Shown: positions 55,353-63,547 of the stretch, piece after piece
Numbering within the stretch: the stretch's first letter is position 1
Layout of the letters: every line of letters starts with the position of its first letter
Assembly (NCBI GenBank): GCA_963766655.1
Contig: CAVYBB010000003.1
Span: 393,097 to 457,096, forward strand
From: an uncultured Chloroflexia bacterium
GTDB taxonomy: Bacteria > Chloroflexota > Limnocylindria > Limnocylindrales > CSP1-4
Direction: 5' to 3'
DNA length: 64,000 bases
The notes under the pieces: model-generated
What the model was told of the DNA's origin: nothing
The model's input: the letters and a program-made list of their open reading frames with translations, nothing else
The model's database searches: none
Translations under genes and position numbers: made by a program

Positions 55353-55384
55353 TCGCTTGACACACGAGCGGTTTTGTCGAGACG

Positions 55385-55413
55385 ATCATAGAACGAATAC
55401 GCTCGCTCCACAA
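55385..55413 (-). promoter_or_regulatory. Sigma70-like promoter candidate for the fic gene
   Basis: On the minus strand, TTGTGG (55413..55408), a 17-nt spacer, then TATGAT (55390..55385). It is about 30 nt upstream of ATG 55352, in a locally AT-richer stretch. Confidence 0.3.
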
Positions 55414-55530
55414 GCGGTTCCTTGGCATGCCGGACAGGAGTTCAGGGTGCCTCCTGCCACGCTCTTTGCCCGCACCCGGCCGACGATGTGCGACTGAGCT
55501 GATTACTCTCCTGAGCCCACCGCGATGGGC

Positions 55531-55824
55531 CTACGCCCGAGTCGCGAGCGCGACGATCGCGGCGACGACGAGCGCGACGGCCGCGGTCCCGGCTGCGACG
55601 ATGGTCCAGTCACGCGAGACTGCCCGCTGGGCCAGCCGGTACAGGGTGCCGACCAGGCCACCGAGGACGACGAGCCCGAGCAGATCCCACGATGCCGCGC
55701 GATCGGCAAAGCTCCGGTACGCCACGATCGCGAGGAGGCCGAACGACATGACCAGGTACGCGAGGCGGTCCGCCGCCTGGTCGACGCCGTGCTCTCGTTC
55801 ATCACGCCGCACGAGGTGGTTCAT
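55531..55824 (-). CDS. Small membrane protein (2-3 TM) co-transcribed with the XRE regulator
   Basis: ATG 55824 overlaps the regulator stop as ATGA. Hydrophobic segments LAYLVMSFGLLAIVAY, LLGLVVLGGLVGTL, IVAAGTAAVALVVAAIVAL. Confidence 0.55.
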   Translation of the reverse strand: MNHLVRRDEREHGVDQAADRLAYLVMSFGLLAIVAYRSFADRAASWDLLGLVVLGGLVGTLYRLAQRAVSRDWTIVAAGTAAVALVVAAIVALATRA

Positions 55825-56048
55825 CGAGCATCTCCTTCGAGCCAGAAGAGCTCGTCGACCCGGACGCCCAGAACCCGGGCGAGTCGGAACGCGAGCAGGG
55901 CGGACGGACAGTACTGGCCGGTCTCGATCGAGCTGATCGTCTGCCGGCTGACGCCGGCGGATTGCGCGAGCTCCCCCTGCGACAGGTCGCGCTCGGCGCG
56001 GGCGACCCGGAGACGGTTCTGGAGGCGGATCGAGGTTTCGACCGACAT
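55821..56048 (-). CDS. XRE-family (Cro/C1-type) HTH transcriptional regulator
   Basis: ATG 56048. LRVARAERDLSQGELAQSAGVSRQTISSIETGQY. Confidence 0.82.
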   Translation of the reverse strand: MSVETSIRLQNRLRVARAERDLSQGELAQSAGVSRQTISSIETGQYCPSALLAFRLARVLGVRVDELFWLEGDAR

Positions 56049-56166
56049 CACGCCGATTCTGCGCGGCCCATACCATGATGTCAAGTATGCTTGGCATCAT
56101 GCCAAGTATGACGGTCTCTTGGCGAAGTGCGGCGTGCGGTGCGGTGCGCCTCCGCCGATGTTCCGT

Positions 56167-56883
56167 CTAGCTGCTACCGCTGGCTCGCTCCAAGCCGTCG
56201 AGGATCAGGTCGAGCACGAACTCGAATTCTCCCTTGCCATCGGGGCTGGGCGGGCGCTGGTGGTAGGCCACGTGGTCGGCAAGATGCGGGTAGTCCGCGA
56301 TGGGCAGGTCTCGCAGGAAGGTCGCTGCGAAGTCCGGCGGAAGGCCCCTGAAGGCACTGGTGTAGCCGGCTTCCCACAGCGTGAAACCCAGGATGTGACT
56401 GTCGAGGGCGTGATAGGCGAGATCGGTCAGCTCGGCCGGTAGCCTGGCTTCACCGAGGCGACCGAGGAGCGCATCGATGTACCGCAGGCGGCCGGGCAGA
56501 AGGCGGGGCGCCGACATCAGCAGGTTGCACGCCCAGGGATGCCGCCGCAAAACCCCGTGGGCCGACATGGCGCTCGCCCGGATCGCCGGCCTCCAGGCCC
56601 CATCCGGGGTCGGGAGCCCGATCTCCCGGACCACGAGGTCGACGATCCCGGCAAGGATGTCGTCCTTGTTGGCCGCATAGTGGTAGAGCGACATCGCCTC
56701 GACGCCAAGCGCCCGGGCGAGCCTGCGCATCGTGACCGCTTCGATCCCGCCCTCGTCGGCGAGATCCATCGCCGCCCGAAGCACTCGATCCCTCGTCAGG
56801 CGAGCTCTCGGCTCGGCCTTGGCCTCGACGTCTGACACCAGCTCACCTCGGCGACGGCTTTCGGGGGCGGTCCTTGACACCAT
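56167..56883 (-). CDS. TetR-family transcriptional regulator
   Basis: HTH AVTMRRLARALGVEAMSLYHYAANKDDIL. C-terminal tetracycline-repressor-like helices. Confidence 0.85.
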   Translation of the reverse strand: MVSRTAPESRRRGELVSDVEAKAEPRARLTRDRVLRAAMDLADEGGIEAVTMRRLARALGVEAMSLYHYAANKDDILAGIVDLVVREIGLPTPDGAWRPAIRASAMSAHGVLRRHPWACNLLMSAPRLLPGRLRYIDALLGRLGEARLPAELTDLAYHALDSHILGFTLWEAGYTSAFRGLPPDFAATFLRDLPIADYPHLADHVAYHQRPPSPDGKGEFEFVLDLILDGLERASGSS

Positions 56884-56946
56884 ACGCTGTAAGACGTAGC
56901 CTGCTCTCGTAATCGTACACCGTAAGGGTCTTGCGAGGAGGGAGCT

Positions 56947-57954
56947 ATGGTCGCACAGGACCCTCGCACGAATGCGGGATCACAGGCGATGCAGGCGATC
57001 GTCCAGGAACGCTACGGCTCGCCGGACGTGCTCGCGTTCACGAGCATCGACAGGCCCGTGATCGGCGACGACGGCGTGCTCGTCCAGGTGCGGGCGTCGT
57101 CGGTCAACGCAAAGGACTGGCACCTCATCCGAGGCCGGCCATATCTCGCCCGTTTGATGACTGGCTTGCGGACGCCGAAGGGCGCCGTGCCCGGCGTCGA
57201 CGTCGCCGGGGTGGTCGTGGCGGTCGGTCAAAGCGTGACCGAGCTCCAACCCGGTGACGAGGTATTCGGGGCCTGTAGCGGGGCCTATGCGGAGTACGTG
57301 GCTGGCCGCGTGCGCAACTTCGTCGTGAAACCGGCCAACCTCACGTTCGAGCAAGCGGCGGCGATCCCGGTGGCGGCGATCACCGCCCTCCAGGCGCTGC
57401 GCGACCAGGGCCGGGTCGAGGCCGGGCAGCGAGCCCTCATCCTTGGTGCGGGGGGTGGCGTCGGCTCGTTCGCGGTCCAGATCGCGAAGGCGTATGGCGC
57501 CGCGGTCACCGCGGCGACGAGCACGGGCAACCTTGACTGTGTCCGCTCGATCGGCGCCGACGAAGTCATCGACTACACGCGCGAGAACGCCACTCGGAGG
57601 GGTCGGCAATACGACCTCATCCTCGATGTTGGCGGCTACGCGTCGTTGGGCGACCTGGATCGGGCGGTCGTCCCGGGCGGGACGGTCGTCCTCGTCGGCG
57701 CGGGCAACGCGAGCTCGCTCGCGATCGTGGCCGGGCTGCTGGCCGTGACGATTCGCTCACGCCTGCGAGGTCAACGGATGGTGTCCTTCCTGGCCAGCGT
57801 CTCCCGGGAGGACCTGCTCGTCCTCGGCGAACTCGCAGCATCCGGGAGGATCGTCCCGGTCATCGACCGGACCTATCCCCTGCGCGAGGTCGCGGAGGCC
57901 GTCCGCTACGTCGAGACCGGCGAGGTGCGAGGCAAGGTGGTCATCGCTCTCTGA
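56947..57954 (+). CDS. Medium-chain dehydrogenase/reductase (NADPH:quinone oxidoreductase-like)
   Basis: GAGGAGGGAG RBS. GroES-like N-terminal domain, Rossmann ILGAGGGVGSFAVQIAK, C-terminal GKVVIAL. Confidence 0.85.
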   Translation: MVAQDPRTNAGSQAMQAIVQERYGSPDVLAFTSIDRPVIGDDGVLVQVRASSVNAKDWHLIRGRPYLARLMTGLRTPKGAVPGVDVAGVVVAVGQSVTELQPGDEVFGACSGAYAEYVAGRVRNFVVKPANLTFEQAAAIPVAAITALQALRDQGRVEAGQRALILGAGGGVGSFAVQIAKAYGAAVTAATSTGNLDCVRSIGADEVIDYTRENATRRGRQYDLILDVGGYASLGDLDRAVVPGGTVVLVGAGNASSLAIVAGLLAVTIRSRLRGQRMVSFLASVSREDLLVLGELAASGRIVPVIDRTYPLREVAEAVRYVETGEVRGKVVIAL

Positions 57955-57987
57955 GCGAGCAGGGCACTGCCCGGGTTCGACCCTGGG

Positions 57988-58614
57988 CTACAGCGCCGGC
58001 CGCACGGCCACGACGATCGCGTCGATGGGTGCCGGCTCGGTGGAGCCGGGGCGGCGGATGGTGTCCGCGCGGACGATGCGCCACCCTGGCCCCAGGTCTC
58101 GGACGATGTCGCCGGGCGTGAACAACACGTCCGGGTCCCGCGGTCCGCCCGCACCCTCGTCCAGGTTGGCCCGATCGTGCCCGACCACGAGCAGCGTGCC
58201 GCCGGGCGCGACCGCGTCGCTGCGGTCGCGTAGATCAGTCGCCGCTCGTCCGCGGGCAGGTGGATGAAGGCCAGCGCGACAAGGTCGAAGGAAGCCGCAG
58301 GCGGCAGCCAGGTCAGCAAGTCCTCGCGGCGCCAGTCGACGTCGACGCCGATCTTCGCCGCCAGCGCCCGCCCGCGGTTCGAGCGCGACGGCCGAGAAGT
58401 CCACCGCGGTGACGCTCCAACCGTGCGCAGCCAGCCACACGGCGTTACGGCCGTCGCCGGCGCCGAGATCGAGCGCCGCGCCCGGCGTCAACGTCGCCGC
58501 GACCTCGACGAGCGTGGGGTCCGCTTCGGCGGATTCGATCGGATCATGGGCGGCGTGGCGCGCATCCCAGAGCTCGACCCTGGTCGGGTTCGTGCCGTTC
58601 GGTCCTTCGCTCAT
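57988..58614 (-). pseudogene. Class I SAM-dependent methyltransferase with two compensating frameshifts
   Basis: ATG 58614 overlaps the sigma-factor stop as ATGA. Motif I LDLGAGDGRNAVWLAAHGWSVTAVDFS is in the frame of ORF 57988..58752. The middle part, ERGRALAAKIGVDVDWRREDLLTWLPPAASFDLVALAFIHLPADERRLIY, reads only in the frame of ORF 57906..58319. The sequence then returns to the first frame (AVAPGGTLLVVGHD...). Confidence 0.65.
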
Positions 58615-59426
58615 GGGCGTTCCCGGCCCGACTGCGCGTCGAGCTGCCGCCTGATGCGTCCGGCGATCGCCTCCTCGACGACCGTGTCCGGGTCGCGCAG
58701 TCCGCCCAGGCTCGCCTTGACGCCCACGAGGCCTGCATACAGCGGCGGACACGTCGGGCAGGTCTCGAGATGCGCCTCGACCGCCGAGCGGGTGTCCGCG
58801 TCGAGCTCGCCGTCGAGGTACGCCGAGACGTGCCGGCGGGCACGCCAGCAGCGCAGCGGCTGGGCGAGGCTCGCGAGACGTCGCTCATCACCCTCGGCGA
58901 GGGCACTCACCAGCATCATTCGTCCCCTTCGCAACCGCTGCTTCGTCGCCGGCAGCCCGGCGTCCATCGCGCGGCTGATGTCCACGGCTGTCCACCCGAT
59001 GACATCGTGGAGGACGACCGGCACCCTGTAGATGACCGGGAGGCGCGCCAGCGCATCCTCGAGCTCGTCGCGGAGCTCCGCCCGCTCGAGCACGCGCTCC
59101 GGTGCGACGGAGTATTGGTCGTCCCGCCAGTCCGCCTCGACGGCGTCGATGTCGAGCTCGTCGTGATGGACGCGGGACCGGTCGATGACCCGGTTGACGA
59201 GGCTGCGCCGGAGCCATGCGGAGAGCGCCGCCGCGTCCCGGAGCTGGTCGCGGCGGCGCCACGCGCCCACGATCGTCTCCTGGGCACAGTCCTCCGCCTG
59301 GTCCGCGTCTCGGACCAGGCGGGTCGCGAGCCGGACCAGCCTGGGCAGCTCCGCCACCAGTCGATCGGCGAACGGGTCGGTGGCGGAGCCGTCTCCAGGA
59401 GCCGGTGCGGTCGGATCCTCGTCCAT
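58611..59426 (-). CDS. ECF-type sigma-70 factor fused to a C-terminal zinc anti-sigma (zf-HC2, HxxxCxxC) motif
   Basis: Region 2: AEDCAQETIVGAWRRRDQL...WLRRSLVNRVID. Region 4: VVLHDVIGWTAVDISRAMDAGLPATKQRLRRGR. Then CWRARRHVSAYLDGELD...VEAHLETCPTC. There is no TM helix. Confidence 0.8.
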   Translation of the reverse strand: MDEDPTAPAPGDGSATDPFADRLVAELPRLVRLATRLVRDADQAEDCAQETIVGAWRRRDQLRDAAALSAWLRRSLVNRVIDRSRVHHDELDIDAVEADWRDDQYSVAPERVLERAELRDELEDALARLPVIYRVPVVLHDVIGWTAVDISRAMDAGLPATKQRLRRGRMMLVSALAEGDERRLASLAQPLRCWRARRHVSAYLDGELDADTRSAVEAHLETCPTCPPLYAGLVGVKASLGGLRDPDTVVEEAIAGRIRRQLDAQSGRERP

Positions 59427-59449
59427 GGTCAGGGCAGCTGGCCTTGCGC

Positions 59450-59662
59450 TCAGTCGGTGGCCCGCCTGGTGCTCACGCGGAGCAGCGCGTAGAGCGGGCA
59501 GAAGCCAACGATACCCGTCACGATCAGGACTGCCGCGACGAGCCAGACGGCGAAGACGATCGGCGCAGTCACGACGCCCGCGATCGCCAGGCCGGCGAGG
59601 CCCAGACCCACCACGATCCGGATGGTCCGGTCGAGGGGTGATTTGTTGATGGTCAGCTTCAT
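59450..59662 (-). CDS. DUF2892 (YgaP C-terminal-like) small membrane protein
   Basis: AGGAGG RBS. 70 aa. Motifs NKSPLDRTIRIVVGLGL and the conserved GFCPLYALL. Confidence 0.7.
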   Translation of the reverse strand: MKLTINKSPLDRTIRIVVGLGLAGLAIAGVVTAPIVFAVWLVAAVLIVTGIVGFCPLYALLRVSTRRATD

Positions 59663-59827
59663 GGCTGGGTCCTCCTGGCGGCGGGTTGTTGCCCGCTTCT
59701 ACTCGAAGGACGAGACGAGTCCACGATTGGATACAAACGGCCGCGATGTATCCCTTCGCCCGCGCGGCACGTCAACGATGTGAACGACGCGGCCTGATGT
59801 TCGGGTCGACACACGGAGGTCACGAGC

Positions 59828-60844
59828 GTGCAGACCGCACTGCTCAATCGCCCAACGCTCACAACCCGCGCCCTCCGGCGCTGGGTGCCCCCGCTCGTCA
59901 GGTCCGTGCCGGCACTCGTGTCCGCGTATCTCGTGCCGGGTCGCATCCCGCCGCGCGTCCGTGAGGCGGCGATGCTGGGCGTGACCTCCATCAATCGGTG
60001 TGTGGCCTGCGAAGCGTTTCACCGCCATTGGGCCAGCGGAGTGGGGCTTCAACTAGGGGCTATGTCCGCCGAGGAGACGGCTGCCTATGAGTTCGGGCAG
60101 CGGGTCGCGGCGGCGGGATCGGAGGACCTGCAGCCTCCGATGCAGTTCCGCGCCCGACACCGCCGGGAGCTGCTCGCCGTGTCGATCCTGATGGAGCTGG
60201 CCAACCTCTCGGGCAACCGGTTCCTCGCACTTCCTGCTGAGGGATCCGGCCTGCAGGTGGGCGACGTTCGAGCGGCCCGTCTGCTCGATGCCGGGATGCG
60301 CCTTGCCGACCGGGCGGGGCTCCGACGTGCCCGCTCGCGGGTGGCCGGCGGAGCACGCGGTGACACGCTGGAGATCGGGATCGGGACGGGATCGAACCTC
60401 GAGGTCTATCCCGCCGGCACGGCCGTCCAGGGTGTCGATGTCAGCGCCCCGGCCCTGACGGTTGCTGCCGAACGCGCGGACCGCGCCGGACGTGCCGTGG
60501 TCCTGGTCGAGGGGGATGCCGCAGCCCTGCCCTTCGCCGACGCGTCGTTCGACACGGTCGTGGCGACGTTCGTCCTGTGCTCCGTCGGCGATGTCCAGCG
60601 CAGCCTTCGGGAGGCCCGCCGCGTGCTGCGACCCGGCGGCACGATCCGCCTGCTCGAGCACGCTCGCTCACGGCACCGGGCGGTCAGCCTTCTCCAGCAA
60701 CGATTGGCGCCCGCCTGGGCGCGCCTGAGCGGCGGTTGCCGGCTCGACCACGATGTGCGGCGCGCCGTACGGGATGCCGGTCTCTCGGTGGTCGAGGAGC
60801 GGACCCGGGCCGGCGGCCTCCTCGTCGAAATCGTGGCTGCCTGA
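59828..60844 (+). CDS. Fusion protein: AhpD/CMD-like CxxC domain + class I SAM-dependent methyltransferase
   Basis: GTG 59828 follows GGAGG. N-terminal MLGVTSINRCVACEAFH. C-terminal LEIGIGTGSNL, FDTVVATFVLCSV, LRPGGTIRLLEH. Confidence 0.7.
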   Translation: MQTALLNRPTLTTRALRRWVPPLVRSVPALVSAYLVPGRIPPRVREAAMLGVTSINRCVACEAFHRHWASGVGLQLGAMSAEETAAYEFGQRVAAAGSEDLQPPMQFRARHRRELLAVSILMELANLSGNRFLALPAEGSGLQVGDVRAARLLDAGMRLADRAGLRRARSRVAGGARGDTLEIGIGTGSNLEVYPAGTAVQGVDVSAPALTVAAERADRAGRAVVLVEGDAAALPFADASFDTVVATFVLCSVGDVQRSLREARRVLRPGGTIRLLEHARSRHRAVSLLQQRLAPAWARLSGGCRLDHDVRRAVRDAGLSVVEERTRAGGLLVEIVAA

Positions 60845-60919
60845 CGGAGAGGGCCGGCCAAGCACCGCGAAGCGCCCGTCCCGCGCCAGCAATGCCTCGG
60901 TCGTCGGGCCCGCCTCGGG

Positions 60920-61369
60920 TCAGCCCGCGATCGTGGCCTGTTCGGGTCGGCCGAACAGGCCAAGCTGGATCAGGAGACCGAGCTGATCCGGAACACCCCA
61001 GTGCTCGACGACCCGTCCCTCGCGGAAGCGAAGCTGGTCGAACACCGTGATCTCCGATCGCCGGCCCGTGGGTGGCCGGCCAAGGATGCTTCCAGTGTTG
61101 ATGCCGCGCCCGGTCGCGCGGATCCAAACCTGGTCACCCTGCGCAATGAGGTCGTCGATGGTCAGCTCGAAGTCACTGAACCACTCGTGGAGCGTGCGGA
61201 TCGTCTCCTTCGCCCCGTCGATCCCGCCCTTCAGCCCTCGCTGGTGCTCGATCGCGTCCGGTCCCACAAGCTCGTCGCAGACATCGGCATCGCCGCGGGT
61301 GAAGCCTTCCTCGATGAGTCGGCGCGTCGCCGCGAGGTTCCGATCGATGGTTTCCTGGTCGGCGTTCAT
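60920..61369 (-). CDS. SnoaL-like / ester-cyclase (NTF2-fold) protein
   Basis: GGAGGAAG RBS. Motifs NLAATRRLIEEGFTRGD, IEHQ, DQVWIRATGRG, FREGRVVEHWG. Confidence 0.75.
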   Translation of the reverse strand: MNADQETIDRNLAATRRLIEEGFTRGDADVCDELVGPDAIEHQRGLKGGIDGAKETIRTLHEWFSDFELTIDDLIAQGDQVWIRATGRGINTGSILGRPPTGRRSEITVFDQLRFREGRVVEHWGVPDQLGLLIQLGLFGRPEQATIAG

Positions 61370-61391
61370 TGAAACACTTCCTCCGGTTCAG

Positions 61392-61406
61392 TAGAGTGAG
61401 ACTCTA
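61392..61406. promoter_or_regulatory. Palindrome TAGAGT-gag-ACTCTA (plus a third ACTCTA half-site at 61421..61426); candidate TetR operator
   Basis: Perfect 6-bp arms in the 62-bp divergent region between the SnoaL-like start (61369, -) and the TetR start (61432, +). Confidence 0.4.
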
Positions 61407-61431
61407 ATGACATGAGTTGTACTCTATCGAG

Positions 61432-62061
61432 ATGAGGGACGTCAAGAGCCCCGCTGGCAGCCTGCGCGCCGAACACGCAGCGGTCACGACGCGCCGGATC
61501 CTTGATGCGGCGCGTAGGGGGTTTGCCGATGTCGGGTATACGGCTACGACACTCCGAGAGATCGCGTCCGAGGCCGGCGTAGCAGTCCAGACGGTCTACG
61601 CGGTCTTCGGGTCGAAGGCGAACATCCTCCGCGCCCTGCGCGAGTCGGTGGTCACCGATCCGGCGGCGTCGGAGGCGTACGCCGCCGCCCTCGCGGCGAC
61701 GGATCTGGACGAGGCACTAGGTTCGTTCGCGCGCTCGATCCGCCTGCGCTGGGAGGCTGGACACGACATCGTGTTGATCAACGTGAATGCGGCAGCAGCG
61801 GATTCGGAACTCCGTGCCGAGGTCGCGGCTGCGAATGCGATGCGGCGCGGCGGGATCGCGCGGCTCGCGCGACGGCTCGGCGAGCTCGAGAGCGGGCTCG
61901 ACACTCGACGAGTCGAGGCTCTCCTCGACGCCCTGACTCTCGCGTCGGTGTACGAGCAGCTAGTTACAAACCACGGCTGGCCTTCCGACGACTATGAGTC
62001 ATGGCTGACTGGTGCCCTCCGCAGTCACATTCGGGACTCGGCGGCTCGGTCTCGTGCCTGA
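61432..62061 (+). CDS. TetR-family transcriptional regulator
   Basis: ATG 61432 (the ORF opens at TTG 61417). HTH TLREIASEAGVAVQTVYAVFGSKANIL. Confidence 0.85.
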   Translation: MRDVKSPAGSLRAEHAAVTTRRILDAARRGFADVGYTATTLREIASEAGVAVQTVYAVFGSKANILRALRESVVTDPAASEAYAAALAATDLDEALGSFARSIRLRWEAGHDIVLINVNAAAADSELRAEVAAANAMRRGGIARLARRLGELESGLDTRRVEALLDALTLASVYEQLVTNHGWPSDDYESWLTGALRSHIRDSAARSRA

Positions 62062-62063
62062 GC

Positions 62064-62083
62064 GCGGCCCGCCGCGCGGCCGC
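62064..62083 (+). terminator. GC hairpin directly after the TetR stop codon
   Basis: GCGGCC (62064..62069), an 8-nt loop, then GGCCGC (62078..62083). A stronger 8-bp hairpin, GCGCGCCC...GGGCGCGC, lies at 62178..62203. Neither has a U-tract. Confidence 0.3.
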
Positions 62084-62665
62084 AGGCTCATGACCGGGGA
62101 GCGCCCCCCGTAACCGGCTGACCGCGGCGGCCTGCGCGCACGGTTTGGCGCTGGCGCTGCCCGAAAAAGTTGCAGAGGCGCGCCCGACAGGGGTTGGGCG
62201 CGCGTTAGCAACCTACGAGATCCCGATCGTCACTGGCTTGGTCGGGTCACTGCCAGTGTGGCGATGGTACGACATGGTCGACGGCGATCGAAAGAGCCGA
62301 AGAGTGACCAAGGGCGGGTCGGACGACCTGTCGCACTCGACCGTGAAGCACCACCGGGCAATCGCCCGGTCAGGGTCGGGGCGGCGACGACGGCGCGGCT
62401 GGTGTGGATCCTGGCTCCGCGGCTGCCGGAGCCCGAGACCGGAACCGAGACGAACCGGTCGTGCGCTGCCGGAGTCACGCTGACCTGGCCCGACCGGTCG
62501 CCGCTGATGGACCACGCGTTCGTTCTGGTCCGTGCCAACCAGACCGACGCAACGTGCCGTCCGGCCCTCGCGTCCACCGCACCCCGGGAACGAGAATTGG
62601 CTGAGAGGGTGAGGCGCGCCCGCCAGTTCTGTGGTGCGCGCACCTCGCGGCGAGAGGGGCTTGCC

Positions 62666-63547
62666 GTGAACGCAGGCTTCGTGCACACCGGCCGATGGGG
62701 ACGTCTGGTTGGGATCCCTGAGATCATCCGTGCCCATCCGCTTCCGGCGTTCTTCGTGCTCGCCTACGGGGTCTCGTGGGGCCTCCTTTTCGTGCTCTAC
62801 GGCATCATGGGAGCGCCCGCCGCGCTCGTGATCTTCGTCCAGACGCTCGGCCCGACGGTTGCGGCGCGGATCGTCCTCACGACCACCGCCAGCCAAGTCG
62901 CGTACCGCCAGATGCGCCGTGGCGGGCGGCTGTGGCACGTCCCCGTCCGGTGGTACCTCGTGGCGCTCGCGGTCATCCCGGCCGCGTGCCTGGGTGCCGT
63001 GGCCGTGCTCCCCGGAGGGATCGCTGCGCTCGAGGGCACCACTGCCGGTTCGATGGGGTCGACGTTCGCGATCTTCCTCGTGCTCGGCTTCTTCAGCGGC
63101 CCGCTGTTCGAGGAGCCGGGCTGGCGGGGCTTCGCCCTGCCGCGACTCGAGCGTGATCGCGGTCCGCTCATCGGCACCCTGATCCTGGGCATCCTGTGGG
63201 GCGCGTGGCACCTCCCGCAGTTCCTCGTGCCGGAATGGGCCGCGCAGAACGGCGGCTCCGACCCGGCGACGATCGCGGCGTTCCTCGTACTGGTCATGAC
63301 GCTCTCGCCCGTGCTCACCTGGGTCTACAACCACACCGGGAGCCTGTTCCTCGCGATGGTCACCCATGCCAGCATCAACGCCTCGCTTGCCATGGTGCCA
63401 GTCCTGCCGGTCGGCCCGATGCTCGTGGGAATCGTCGCATTCGGCGCACTGAGCCTTGTCCTCGTCGTCGCGACCCGCGGCCGCTTCGGGTACGACGCTA
63501 CAGGCAAGGTCTCGGCGACGGAGGTCAACGGGAACTGGGTCAAGTGA
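62666..63547 (+). CDS. CPBP-family (CAAX/Abi-type) intramembrane metalloprotease
   Basis: Catalytic motifs FEEPGWRGF, WGAWHLP, MVTHASINA, with about 8 TM helices. The start is uncertain: GTG 62666 is chosen because the N-terminal 136 codons of ORF 62258..63547 look non-coding. Confidence 0.7.
   Translation: MNAGFVHTGRWGRLVGIPEIIRAHPLPAFFVLAYGVSWGLLFVLYGIMGAPAALVIFVQTLGPTVAARIVLTTTASQVAYRQMRRGGRLWHVPVRWYLVALAVIPAACLGAVAVLPGGIAALEGTTAGSMGSTFAIFLVLGFFSGPLFEEPGWRGFALPRLERDRGPLIGTLILGILWGAWHLPQFLVPEWAAQNGGSDPATIAAFLVLVMTLSPVLTWVYNHTGSLFLAMVTHASINASLAMVPVLPVGPMLVGIVAFGALSLVLVVATRGRFGYDATGKVSATEVNGNWVK

Noticed and set aside
56884-56946. Possible TetR operator made of ACGCTGTAAG / ACACCGTAAG direct repeats between the TetR and quinone oxidoreductase genes
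   Set aside because: The repeats match at only about 7 of 10 positions and there is no clear dyad symmetry. This is too weak to list as a feature.
57955-57987. T-arm-like CCGGGTTCGACCCTGG, checked as a possible tRNA fragment
   Set aside because: The stem is imperfect, and there is no acceptor or anticodon arm in the flanks. The 33-bp gap between convergent genes is too short for a tRNA.
62145-62483. 112-aa ORF in the 600-bp gap; possibly a small protein
   Set aside because: There is no RBS and it has a TTG start. The C-terminal half is pure Arg/Gly/Ser/Pro, and no motif is recognised. I kept it only as part of the unassigned-region finding.
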